This document shows, piece after piece, positions 1 through 8,374 of a DNA stretch of 27,858 nt. The stretch is from an uncultured Candidatus Saccharibacteria bacterium (GTDB lineage Bacteria > Patescibacteriota > Minisyncoccia > JAHIHE01), in NCBI GenBank assembly GCA_964552415.1, contig CAZKGJ010000002.1, positions 1 to 27,858 of the forward strand, written 5' to 3'. The stretch's first letter is position 1, and every line of letters begins with the position of its first letter. Below the pieces are notes generated by a model. It worked only from the letters and a program-made list of their open reading frames with translations, was not told the origin of the DNA and did not search any database. Both the position numbers and the translations under genes were made by a program.

Positions 1-1
1 A

Positions 2-694
2 TATCCCGGAATGAAAACCTGGGAAATTTTCAGCAAAGTAAAAGAGTTTTTGGAAAAAGAAAACAAAAAAGCGTCAATGAGGTTCAGTTTGAAAGAAGCG
101 ATGAGAAAACTCGGTCCTGCCGGATATTCTTTTGAAAAATATGTGGCGGAAATTTTTGAAAATCTTGGCTACGACGTAAAAATCAATCAAATTGTTTCTG
201 GGAAATGCGTTAGTTATGAAATTGATTTTTTGGCGGAAAAAGACGGCTTTGTCTATGTGGGAGAATGCAAATACCACAAACTTCCGGAAGGGAAAGTTGA
301 TTTGCAGGTTGCCCTGGCAAACTGCGCCAGATTTGAAGATATAATCAACGGAGGAGGGCTTGCCAGAAAATCCGTCAAATCAATTCTTGTAACAAATTCA
401 AAATTTACCAGCGAGGCGATAAAATACTCCGAATGCAAAGGAATTGATATGCTGGGCTGGAGATACCCGCTTGAGCAGGGGCTTGAGTATCTTATTGAGA
501 GCAGAAACTTTTATCCGCTGACGATTTTGCCTTCGTATAAAGGTCGGCTGGCGGAAATCTTTTCCCGGCGAAAAATGATGCTGGTAAAAGATATTTTGGA
601 AATTGCGGAAATAAAATATTCTCCAGATCAGGAACTGGCAAAAAACGGAATTGATAGGGCTGTGGAAGAAGCGGAGATATTGTTAAAAAAATAA
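2..694 (+). CDS. ATP-cone / Mrr-like restriction endonuclease domain protein (5'-partial; frame is open to the window edge)
   Basis: Frame is open upstream of ATG 11 (YPG-MKT). The N-terminus resembles the tail of an ATP cone. PD-(D/E)xK-type motifs FEKYVAEIF, EIDFLAEK and ECKYH, plus LVTNSKFT, are Mrr_cat-like. Confidence 0.7.
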   Translation, partial: YPGMKTWEIFSKVKEFLEKENKKASMRFSLKEAMRKLGPAGYSFEKYVAEIFENLGYDVKINQIVSGKCVSYEIDFLAEKDGFVYVGECKYHKLPEGKVDLQVALANCARFEDIINGGGLARKSVKSILVTNSKFTSEAIKYSECKGIDMLGWRYPLEQGLEYLIESRNFYPLTILPSYKGRLAEIFSRRKMMLVKDILEIAEIKYSPDQELAKNGIDRAVEEAEILLKK

Positions 695-696
695 AT

Positions 697-2010
697 ATGA
701 AGAAAATTGTTACGGCACTCGCGGCGATTTTTGCTATAGTCATTTTAGCTGCCGCCGGAATTTTTTATTGGAAATACCTGAGAGGCGCTCGGCCGGCAAT
801 CGGGCCCGCGATAGCGCCGACAATGGAAAAGGGGGGAGGAAATATTTCGGAGTCCTTAAACACTACAGGTATTCCCTTAAAATTGCCTCCGGGATTTTCC
901 ATATCAATTTTTGCAAAAGATTTGGTCGATCCGAGAGTTATAGCTTTTGACCCGAATGGGAATTTATTGGTTAGTATTACCAGTGAAGGAAAAGTGGTTG
1001 CTTTGCCGGACAAAGATGTTGACGGCGTTGCCGATGAAACGGTGATTGTCGCGAGCGGACTTGATCGTCCGCATGGCTTGGCTTTCAGGTGTACGGGAAG
1101 TTCGGGCCTCCGCCGCGCCGAAGCGGGCTACGGCCTCGCGGAGGCGGGAGTGCAAAAATGCCGATTATACATCGCTGAAACCAACCAGATTGCGATGTAT
1201 GATTACGACCGGGAAAATTTAAAAGCGATAAATAAACGGAAAATCGCGGATTTGCCTGCTGGAGGAAATCATTTTACGCGAACTATCGGTTTCGGGCCTG
1301 ATGGCCGTCTTTATGTTTCCATTGGTTCTTCATGCAATGTATGCAATGAAGCGGACAGCCGGCGCGCCAAAATATTTTCCATGAATCCAGACGGAAGCGA
1401 TTTTAAAGAATTTGCGCGCGGATTGAGGAACACTGTATTTTTCACTTGGCACCCCTTAACCGGAAAAATGTGGGGCACTGATATGGGCAGAGATTTTTTG
1501 GGCGACGATTTGCCGCCGGACGAAATCAATATAATTGAATACGGAAAAAATTACGGCTGGCCCACCTGCTACGGGAAGAATATTCACGATACTGATTTTG
1601 ACCGAAACAAGTATATTCGCAACCCCTGCATTGAACCGTTTGAAACACCGTCTTTTATTGATATTCCCGCGCACTCCGCGCCGCTGGGCTTAGCTTTCGT
1701 ACCCAAAGATACAGAACGTGGAAAATTCGGGGCTGGTAAAGTTTGGCCGGAAGAGTATTGGTATAATTTGTTTGTCGCTTATCATGGTTCTTGGAACCGG
1801 ACAGTGCCGACCGGCTACAAAATCGTCAGGTATAAATTGGATGAAAGCGGTAATTTGCTTGGCGTTGAAGATTTTATTTCCGGGTGGCTTAAAAACGGCG
1901 ACGGAGCGTACGGCCGGCCGGTTGATATTATAATTCTGCCCGGCGGGATTATGTATATTTCGGACGATAAAGCCGGATTAATTTATAAAGTGGTCTATAC
2001 AGGCAAATGA
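697..2010 (+). CDS. PQQ-dependent sugar (glucose/sorbosone) dehydrogenase family, N-terminal membrane anchor
   Basis: N-terminal hydrophobic segment. Family motifs FGPDGRLYVSIGSSCNVC, RGLRN, GKNYGWP, AHSAPLG, HGSWNR and GRPVD. Confidence 0.85.
   Translation: MKKIVTALAAIFAIVILAAAGIFYWKYLRGARPAIGPAIAPTMEKGGGNISESLNTTGIPLKLPPGFSISIFAKDLVDPRVIAFDPNGNLLVSITSEGKVVALPDKDVDGVADETVIVASGLDRPHGLAFRCTGSSGLRRAEAGYGLAEAGVQKCRLYIAETNQIAMYDYDRENLKAINKRKIADLPAGGNHFTRTIGFGPDGRLYVSIGSSCNVCNEADSRRAKIFSMNPDGSDFKEFARGLRNTVFFTWHPLTGKMWGTDMGRDFLGDDLPPDEINIIEYGKNYGWPTCYGKNIHDTDFDRNKYIRNPCIEPFETPSFIDIPAHSAPLGLAFVPKDTERGKFGAGKVWPEEYWYNLFVAYHGSWNRTVPTGYKIVRYKLDESGNLLGVEDFISGWLKNGDGAYGRPVDIIILPGGIMYISDDKAGLIYKVVYTGK
1107..1148 (+). 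repeat. GC-rich palindromic element inserted in frame in the dehydrogenase CDS
   Basis: cctccgc (1107-1113) pairs with gcggagg (1138-1144), with an inner gccg-a-agc/gct-a-cggc stem. Encodes LRRAEAGYGLAEAG between HGLAF and RLYIAE. Confidence 0.65.
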
Positions 2011-2017
2011 ATCTAAA

Positions 2018-2413
2018 ATGTCAAGAATTTTAGCAATTGATTACGGCAAAAAAAGGGTGGGTTTGGCTGTTGCACAAAACGGCACAAAAGTCGCGCTTCC
2101 TTTTGGAATTATTGAAAATAAAGGTAGGGAAAACTTGATTAAAAAACTGCAAGAAATTTGCCGAGAAGAAAAGATTGGCCAAATTGTAGTGGGATTGCCA
2201 ATAGGGCTGGCCGGAAAGCCTACCGAGCAGACAAAAAAAACAAAAAATTTTATAGCAACGTTGAAAGAAAAATTTGACTTGCCTGTGGATGAGCAAAGCG
2301 AAGTTTTTACTTCCCGACAAGCAAAAGAAGTGTTTAAACAAGCCGGCATAAAAAAAAGGCGGGTTGACGCCTCTGCCGCAGTTTTGATTTTGGCAGATTA
2401 TTTGGAAAGATAA
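2018..2413 (+). CDS. yqgF: YqgF/RuvX family RNase H-fold nuclease (pre-16S rRNA processing / putative Holliday junction resolvase)
   Basis: ILAIDYGKKRVGLA, IVVGLP, E..TS and VDASAAVLIL motifs; 131 aa. Confidence 0.92.
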   Translation: MSRILAIDYGKKRVGLAVAQNGTKVALPFGIIENKGRENLIKKLQEICREEKIGQIVVGLPIGLAGKPTEQTKKTKNFIATLKEKFDLPVDEQSEVFTSRQAKEVFKQAGIKKRRVDASAAVLILADYLER

Positions 2414-2454
2414 TTTCTAAAAAATTTTATCCAAGACATTGCGCTTTCCAGAAA

Positions 2455-2682
2455 TTTGAGCTATTGCCTCGCGATTATCTAAAGCTCGTTTGACGAAGCA
2501 AAAACCAAAAGAAAACAGAGTAGCGGATAGCTTCTTTGATAATCCATAACGGTTGAGGGGAGAAGCTGTTAGTATTAAAAATATTTTATATTTTTTTCCG
2601 CTACTCTACATAAGTGGATACTGGTTTCCCATAGGAGGTTATTTTACGAGAAACAGAAAGCGACAGAGGAGCTCCACTTATT
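2455..2682 (-). ncRNA. Putative rod-shaped ncRNA, 6S RNA-like
   Basis: Nested inverted repeats 2458-2462/2670-2674, 2485-2489/2646-2650, 2502-2507/2622-2627 and an 11-bp perfect pair 2517-2527/2597-2607. Minus-strand sigma70 promoter immediately upstream; no long ORF. Confidence 0.45.
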
Positions 2683-2688
2683 ATCATA

Positions 2689-2717
2689 AATTTATCACAA
2701 TAAGTTTCTTTTGTCAA
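2689..2717 (-). promoter_or_regulatory. sigma70 promoter for the putative ncRNA
   Basis: Minus strand TTGACA (2717-2712), 17-nt spacer, TAAATT (2694-2689). Confidence 0.55.
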
Positions 2718-2742
2718 ATATAGGGTGTGTATAAGTTTTTCT

Positions 2743-2770
2743 TTGGAATTTTGTGCAATTGTGGTATACT
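2743..2770 (+). promoter_or_regulatory. Extended -10 promoter for the GT2-galT-tpiA-fba block
   Basis: TTGGAA (2743-2748), 16 nt, TGgTATACT (2762-2770). Confidence 0.45.
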
Positions 2771-2803
2771 TACTTTAATTTTAGATTGTAATTTTGCATT
2801 TTT

Positions 2804-2832
2804 GCGCCAGGGGCGCATCCGCCCTTGGCGGA
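2804..2832. repeat. Tandem GC-rich mini-hairpins (REP-like)
   Basis: gcgcc-agg-ggcgc followed by tccgcc-ctt-ggcgga. The same tccgcc-nnn-ggcgga core recurs at 12349-12363. Confidence 0.6.
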
Positions 2833-2871
2833 GATTTTTGAATTTAAACCCACTTAAAGTTGACGAAACCT

Positions 2872-3624
2872 ATGGAAAATCAATTCGGCTCGTTAAACAG
2901 CAACGACATCTATCTTTCCGTCATTATTCCGGTTTATAACGAAGAAAAAAGGATCGGCCGCACCCTTGAAGCAATTGATAAATTCCTGCACAATAAAAAT
3001 TATTCGTATGAAATTATTGTTATGGAAGCAGGAAGTTCTGACAAGACAGCTGAAGTAGTGCGAAATTATATGAAAACCATTCCGAATTTACGTCTGCGAA
3101 AAGCGCAAAGCGGAATCTTCAAAGGAAACAAAATAAAAGAAGGTATGCTTGTGGCAAAAGGCAGATATCGTCTGTTTACCGATGCTGATAATGCCACACC
3201 GATTGAAGAAGTGGAAAAACTTCTGCCGTTTTTCAATCGGGGATACGAAGTGGTTATCGGCTCCAGGGCAGTTGACAGGTCAACGATAAAAGTTCATCAG
3301 CCCTTTTACCGCGAGTTTTTGGGTCGGGTTGGTAATATGCTTATACAATCTCTGGCGGTGCCGGGTATAAAAGACACCCAGTGCGGGTTCAAATGTTTTA
3401 CTGCAAAGGCCGCTGAAGATATTTTTTCCAAGCTTACTATTATGGGCTGGGGTTTTGACATAGAAGTTTTGGTTTTGGCAAATCTTAAAAAATACAAGAT
3501 AAAAGAAGTGCCAGTAATTTGGATAAACGACCCGAATTCAACCGTCTCTGCCGGCGCTTACTTCACCACCTTATGGGAACTTTTTAAAATCAAAATTAAT
3601 CTGATTACAAAAAAATATGGCTAA
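2872..3624 (+). CDS. Glycosyltransferase family 2 (dolichyl-phosphate beta-glucosyltransferase-like)
   Basis: SVIIPVYNEEKRI, FTDAD, VIGSR, DTQCGFK and GWGFDIE motifs. ATG 2872 preferred over TTG 2860. Confidence 0.9.
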   Translation: MENQFGSLNSNDIYLSVIIPVYNEEKRIGRTLEAIDKFLHNKNYSYEIIVMEAGSSDKTAEVVRNYMKTIPNLRLRKAQSGIFKGNKIKEGMLVAKGRYRLFTDADNATPIEEVEKLLPFFNRGYEVVIGSRAVDRSTIKVHQPFYREFLGRVGNMLIQSLAVPGIKDTQCGFKCFTAKAAEDIFSKLTIMGWGFDIEVLVLANLKKYKIKEVPVIWINDPNSTVSAGAYFTTLWELFKIKINLITKKYG

Positions 3625-4618
3625 AGTTTCAGAGCTCCGTCGGGACCTAGTAAGCGGCACATGGGCGGTAATCGCAACTGGACGCGCAAAGCGTCCGGAT
3701 GATTTTAAGGCCAAAAGACAGTTAATTCCCGAAAACGAAAAAGATTGCCCGTTTTGCCACCTGGGTAAAGATAAAAATAAACAAAGAAAACCAACCCTGG
3801 TTTATAAAGACCTGAAAGGAAATTGGAGCTTAATAGTGCTGCCGAATAAATATCCTGCTTTTGGTCCTTCTTTAAAACTAAACCATCGTGACAAGGGACC
3901 TTTTTCGGTAATGGACGGGGCTGGCTTTCACGAGATAATAATCACCAGAGATCACAACCGCCATATCGCAAAAATGAAAACCGAAGAAATTGAAGAAATC
4001 GTAAGCGCTTATCAGGAAAGATATTTGTCTCTGATGAACAGGAGATTTATAAACTATATTTCTGTTTTCCATAATCACGGACAGGAAGCAGGAGCAACAT
4101 TAAGTCACCCTCATTCACAATTGATTGCTATGCCAGTTATTGATCCAGATGTTTGGAGGAGTCTGAAAGGGTCGGCTGATTACTGGCAGAAGAACAAAAG
4201 ATGCGTTCATTGCGTGATGATTGAGTGGGAAAAAGAAAACTCCGAACGCGTGGTTTTTGAAAACGAAGAATTTATCGCGCTGTGCCCTTTTGTTTCCCGC
4301 ACTGCTTTTGAGGTAAGGATTTATCCGAAATTCCACGCATCTTATTTTGAAAGAATTAACCAGATAAGCAAAACTAAATTGGCCGAAACATTGAGGGTCG
4401 CACTGGCAAAAATTAATCAGGGGTTAAATAATCCTTCTTATAATTTTTTTCTGCATACCGCCCCCTGCGACGGAAAAGATTACTCGCATTATCACTGGCA
4501 CTTTGAAATTCTTCCAAAAACATCTATCTGGGCAGGCTTTGAGCTCGGTACGGGAATTGAAATCTCTACAATTGAACCGGAGCGCGCTGCAAGGTTTTTA
4601 AAAGAACAAGAAATTTAA
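3617..4618 (+). CDS. galT: Galactose-1-phosphate uridylyltransferase
   Basis: SELRRDLVSG, CPFC, NKYP and the catalytic HPHSQ motif (AGATLSHPHSQ); GFELGTG. Overlaps the GT2 stop by 8 bp. Confidence 0.92.
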   Translation: MAKVSELRRDLVSGTWAVIATGRAKRPDDFKAKRQLIPENEKDCPFCHLGKDKNKQRKPTLVYKDLKGNWSLIVLPNKYPAFGPSLKLNHRDKGPFSVMDGAGFHEIIITRDHNRHIAKMKTEEIEEIVSAYQERYLSLMNRRFINYISVFHNHGQEAGATLSHPHSQLIAMPVIDPDVWRSLKGSADYWQKNKRCVHCVMIEWEKENSERVVFENEEFIALCPFVSRTAFEVRIYPKFHASYFERINQISKTKLAETLRVALAKINQGLNNPSYNFFLHTAPCDGKDYSHYHWHFEILPKTSIWAGFELGTGIEISTIEPERAARFLKEQEI

Positions 4619-4630
4619 TTCTATACTTTT

Positions 4631-5395
4631 GTGATTGATAAAAAAATAATCATTGCCAACTGGAAGATGAACCCGCCGACTTTAGCCGAAGCTAAAACAC
4701 TTTTTAATGTTATTAGGCATGAAGCAAAAAAGGCTGGAAATATTAATGTTATTGTGGCGCCGCCGGCGATCTGGCTTTCTAATTTTAAAACCGGCGAAAA
4801 TGAGAACCTGTCTTTGGCGGCTCAAAATATGCACTGGAAAGAAAAAGGCGCTTTTACCGGAGAAATTTCAGCACTGATGTTAAAAGACGCTGGCGTCAAA
4901 TATGCGATTATCGGTCATTCGGAGCGAAGAAATTATTTTACAGAGACCGATGAAATTGTGAATAAAAAACTGCGCTCGGCGCTCAAAACCCATTTAATTC
5001 CGATTCTTTGCGTCGGCGAATCAGCCGAAGAGAAAATAGCCGAAAAAACATCCGAAACAATAAAACTTCAACTGATAAAAGCGCTTGAGGGCATAAGTAA
5101 GATTCAGCCGGACAATATTATTATCGCTTATGAGCCGGTCTGGGCAATAGGAAGCGGCGCTATTCCCGCTTTTGATGAAGTTTTGAGCGTTAATCTGCTG
5201 ATTAAAAAAATTATTGCGAGTATTTATAACCGTAAACTTGCCGACAAAATACCAATTTTATACGGTGGAAGCGTAAACTGCCGCAACGCCAGAGATTTTA
5301 TTGAAAAAAGCAGAGCTTTCGGACTATTGGTGGGGGGAGCAAGTACAAAAGCGACGGAATTTTTAGGTATTATTAAACAAATGGATATTCTATAG
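4631..5395 (+). CDS. tpiA: Triosephosphate isomerase
   Basis: ANWKMN, GAFTGEIS, IIGHSERR, AYEPVWAIG, LYGGSV and LVGGAS motifs. Confidence 0.96.
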   Translation: MIDKKIIIANWKMNPPTLAEAKTLFNVIRHEAKKAGNINVIVAPPAIWLSNFKTGENENLSLAAQNMHWKEKGAFTGEISALMLKDAGVKYAIIGHSERRNYFTETDEIVNKKLRSALKTHLIPILCVGESAEEKIAEKTSETIKLQLIKALEGISKIQPDNIIIAYEPVWAIGSGAIPAFDEVLSVNLLIKKIIASIYNRKLADKIPILYGGSVNCRNARDFIEKSRAFGLLVGGASTKATEFLGIIKQMDIL

Positions 5396-5430
5396 TTTTG
5401 CAAGTATAGATTTTTCTTTAATTTTTTCTT

Positions 5431-6291
5431 ATGTTTCTTCCTGCAAAAAAATTATTGTTTGACGCTAGAAAACACAGTTATGCTGTTGGCGCATACAACA
5501 CATCCAATCTTGAAATTACTCAAGCGATAATCAGCGCGGCTGTGGTTAAAAGTTCGCCCCTGATAATAAACATTTCCGAATCTGCAATTGAATATGCTGG
5601 ATTGTTTCCGATAATATCTCTGATAAAATCATTGGTTGAGCAAGGACGAGCGAAAAATTTGCCCATAGCCATTCAGTTGGATCACGGCAAAAATTTAAGC
5701 AAGCTCCCTTTGTTTATCAAAGCAGGGTTTACCTCTGTTATGTTTGACGCTTCACGGTTGCCGTATGCGGAAAATGTTTCTTTGACAAAAAAAGCCGTAG
5801 AGCTGGCGCGCAAATCAGGCGTTAGCGTGCAGGCAGAGCTGGGGGCGGTTCCGTATAAAGAAGAGGAATCGGATTTTTTAAGCTGGGGAAAAATAATGAC
5901 CGACCCGAATTTAGCGAAAAGGTTTGTTGAAGAAACCGAAGTGGATTTTTTGGCCGTGGCAATAGGAAACGCACACGGATTTTTTAAAGAGCGTTCGGAG
6001 CTGGATTTTGATCGCCTGAGGAAAATTTCAAAATTGGTAAAAATTCCTTTGGTCCTGCACGGAGCGTCGGATTTCCCCGCAGAAAGAACAAAAGAAGCGA
6101 TAAAGGGAGGGGTTGCCTCTTTTCATATTGATACTGCTTTGCGAATAGCTTTTACCGAAGGAATCAAGGAATTTTTGGCGGAAAATCCTGCGGTCTACGA
6201 CCCGCGCCTGATTTTAAGTCGCGGCCGGCAAAGGGTTCAAAAAGAAGTTGAAAACAAGATGGAAATTTTTGGCAGCGCAGGAAAGGCATAA
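5431..6291 (+). CDS. fba: Class II fructose-bisphosphate aldolase family
   Basis: AVGAYN, LDHG, SVMFDAS, AVAIGNAHG, LVLHGAS and YDPR motifs. Confidence 0.88.
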   Translation: MFLPAKKLLFDARKHSYAVGAYNTSNLEITQAIISAAVVKSSPLIINISESAIEYAGLFPIISLIKSLVEQGRAKNLPIAIQLDHGKNLSKLPLFIKAGFTSVMFDASRLPYAENVSLTKKAVELARKSGVSVQAELGAVPYKEEESDFLSWGKIMTDPNLAKRFVEETEVDFLAVAIGNAHGFFKERSELDFDRLRKISKLVKIPLVLHGASDFPAERTKEAIKGGVASFHIDTALRIAFTEGIKEFLAENPAVYDPRLILSRGRQRVQKEVENKMEIFGSAGKA

Positions 6292-6307
6292 CAAAAACGG
6301 CGGCTTG

Positions 6308-6337
6308 TTGCGCAATTTATCCATTTTAGGGTATAAT
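6308..6337 (+). promoter_or_regulatory. Putative sigma70 promoter
   Basis: TTGCGC (6308-6313), 18 nt, TATAAT (6332-6337), upstream of the membrane protein gene. Confidence 0.4.
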
Positions 6338-6419
6338 GTAACAAAGCACAATTAGTATCTACGTCCGCTTTCCGCCAGCCAGCTGTAAGCGGGCGGCTAA
6401 GAGAAAGGGGGTGAGAAGA

Positions 6420-7088
6420 ATGCTTAATCCAGAGATTGCCGTTTCTATAATCAGTTTTTGGAATAAAATCATCGGCTTTATACCCAATATTATCGCCGCT
6501 TTTGTAATTGTGATTATTGGTTGGATAATTGCGATGGTTTTTGGAAATTTCGTCAATAAAATTTTGGCGGCTTTGGGTGTTGATAAAATCGCGGTTTCTT
6601 CCGGCTTTAAAGAGAAATTTGAAAAATCGGGAGTAAAATTAAATTTCGCCAAATTCGGCGGAGAGTTGGTAAAGTGGGTAATAATTTTACTGGCTTTGAT
6701 TGGAGCGTCTGAAGCTGTGGGGTTGGTACAGGTAGCGCAATTTTTGAACCGAATATTGGATTATATACCAAATCTGGTCATTGCGTTGATAATTTTGAGC
6801 GTAGGCGTGCTTATTGCCGATTTTGTTTCGCAGGCTGTCAAAGGAAGTCTTAATGCCATGGGGATGAAAGCTGCAGAATTTTTGGGCATAATGTCCAAGT
6901 GGGTAATAATAATTTTTGCGGTCCTTTTGGCGCTTGACCAGCTTGGCGTTGCGCTGGAATTTATTAAAATTCTTTTCACGGGAATTATTGCTATGCTTGC
7001 CATTGCCGGCGGTTTGGCTTTCGGTTTGGGCGGCAAGGGACTGGCTGAAGAAATACTCGGCGAAATTAAAAAAGATATAGGTAAATAA
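6420..7088 (+). CDS. TM-helix-repeat membrane protein (CmpX / MscS TM1-like)
   Basis: Repeated IIGFIPNIIAA / ILDYIPNLVIA units and a C-terminal ALAIAGGLAFGLGGK. SD-like aaagggggtg before ATG 6420. Confidence 0.75.
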   Translation: MLNPEIAVSIISFWNKIIGFIPNIIAAFVIVIIGWIIAMVFGNFVNKILAALGVDKIAVSSGFKEKFEKSGVKLNFAKFGGELVKWVIILLALIGASEAVGLVQVAQFLNRILDYIPNLVIALIILSVGVLIADFVSQAVKGSLNAMGMKAAEFLGIMSKWVIIIFAVLLALDQLGVALEFIKILFTGIIAMLAIAGGLAFGLGGKGLAEEILGEIKKDIGK

Positions 7089-7113
7089 AAACGATTATTA
7101 GGTACTTTAAAGC

Positions 7114-7147
7114 TCAATCCCCCGTCACAAAAGTGGTGGGGGATTGA
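7114..7147. terminator. Strong hairpin, probable terminator after the membrane protein gene
   Basis: tcaatccccc/gggggattga 10-bp stem plus 5 inner bp (with G-U) and an aaaa loop. No clean U tract. Confidence 0.5.
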
Positions 7148-7172
7148 CATTTGACGGTTAAAGCATTATAAT
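7144..7172 (+). promoter_or_regulatory. Consensus sigma70 promoter for the Zn-ribbon gene and rplY
   Basis: TTGACA (7144-7149), 17 nt, TATAAT (7167-7172): a perfect consensus match. Confidence 0.75.
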
Positions 7173-7211
7173 ATTATTGTGCTAAAATTTTTTTAATAAC
7201 CATTCGTGCAT

Positions 7212-7562
7212 ATGGAGAGATTTTATCCAAATTTAGACATAAAATCATTTACTAGTTGTCCTTTGTGCAATAATCAGTATGGTTCACGTGAAATAAAGAT
7301 TCTAAGCAGAGAAGACGAGTCGGTTACACTTTATCTTAACTGTCCAAACTGCAAAAATGCGATAATTTCGGTAATTAGCGCTGGAGTATTAGGAATAACA
7401 GTTGCAAGTATGGTTACCGATCTCAGCACATCAGAAGTTGAAAGAATTAAAAACGAAAAGGCCGTAAGCACAGACGATGTTTTGACAATTTATGAATTTT
7501 TATCCCGCAAAAGCAAACCAGTCCGCAAAAAAACAAAAGCACACATAAGTATTAAAAGTTAA
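7212..7562 (+). CDS. Hypothetical zinc-ribbon protein
   Basis: CPLC and CPNC pairs followed by a hydrophobic stretch and TDL...DDVL. Alternative start GTG 7206. Confidence 0.7.
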   Translation: MERFYPNLDIKSFTSCPLCNNQYGSREIKILSREDESVTLYLNCPNCKNAIISVISAGVLGITVASMVTDLSTSEVERIKNEKAVSTDDVLTIYEFLSRKSKPVRKKTKAHISIKS

Positions 7563-7578
7563 TATCAGTAATATTTTT

Positions 7579-8271
7579 ATGGAAAATCTTGAACTGGAGG
7601 CGAAAAAACGTGAAACCGGAAAAAAGGCAAAACAGCTGCTGGTCAAGGAGAAATCAATCCCCGCGGTTGTCTACGGACATCAGCTGAAAAGCGAAGCGAT
7701 AGCAGTTCCTTATATACAATTTGAGAAAATTTTCAGAAACGCCGGAGAAAATACTTTGATTTGGCTTAAAATCGGCACTGCCAAAAAACAAGTTTTGATT
7801 TATGATTTCCAGAAGGACCCGGTTACGGATAAATTTATCCACATTGATTTTTATGCCGTAAGAATGGATGAAAAGATAACAGCCGCAGTTCCGCTGAATT
7901 TCACGGGAGTTTCACCGGCGGTTAAAAACGAAGGCGGAATTTTAGTCAAAAATATGGAAAGCATTAAAGTCAAATGTCTACCCAAGGATTTGCCACATGA
8001 AATAAAAATTGATGTATCAGCGCTTAAATCTTTTACAGACAGGATAAAAGTATCGGATTTGAAGGTGGGCCCCGGTGTGGAAATTCTCATTGATGATAAA
8101 AACCAGGTTGTCGCGAACGTCGTGCTTCCAAAAGCCGAGAAAGAAGAAGTCGGCAAACCGGAAGAAAAAGTTGAAGAGGTTGAGGGAGTCAAACCGAAAG
8201 AAGAGCCTGTATCGGACGAGAAAAAGAGCGCAGCGAGTAAAGCCGAAGACAAAGAGTCGCCCAAAAAATAA
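7579..8271 (+). CDS. rplY: 50S ribosomal protein L25 / CTC
   Basis: IPAVVYG, HIDFYAV, GVSPAVKNEGG and CLPKDLPHEI motifs; acidic low-complexity tail. Confidence 0.95.
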   Translation: MENLELEAKKRETGKKAKQLLVKEKSIPAVVYGHQLKSEAIAVPYIQFEKIFRNAGENTLIWLKIGTAKKQVLIYDFQKDPVTDKFIHIDFYAVRMDEKITAAVPLNFTGVSPAVKNEGGILVKNMESIKVKCLPKDLPHEIKIDVSALKSFTDRIKVSDLKVGPGVEILIDDKNQVVANVVLPKAEKEEVGKPEEKVEEVEGVKPKEEPVSDEKKSAASKAEDKESPKK

Positions 8272-8374
8272 GTTCCATTTGGCGTATATATTATTAAAAG
8301 CTCAAGGTTATAAAATTATTTTTTAATGTTTTATAGCATTGAGCTTTTGTCTTAAGAATGGATTAGTTTCATCT

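Noticed and set aside
2455-2682. tmRNA, RNase P or SRP RNA
   Set aside because: No tRNA-like ends or tag ORF, no GAGGAAAGUCC and no SRP GGAA-loop motif seen on either strand.
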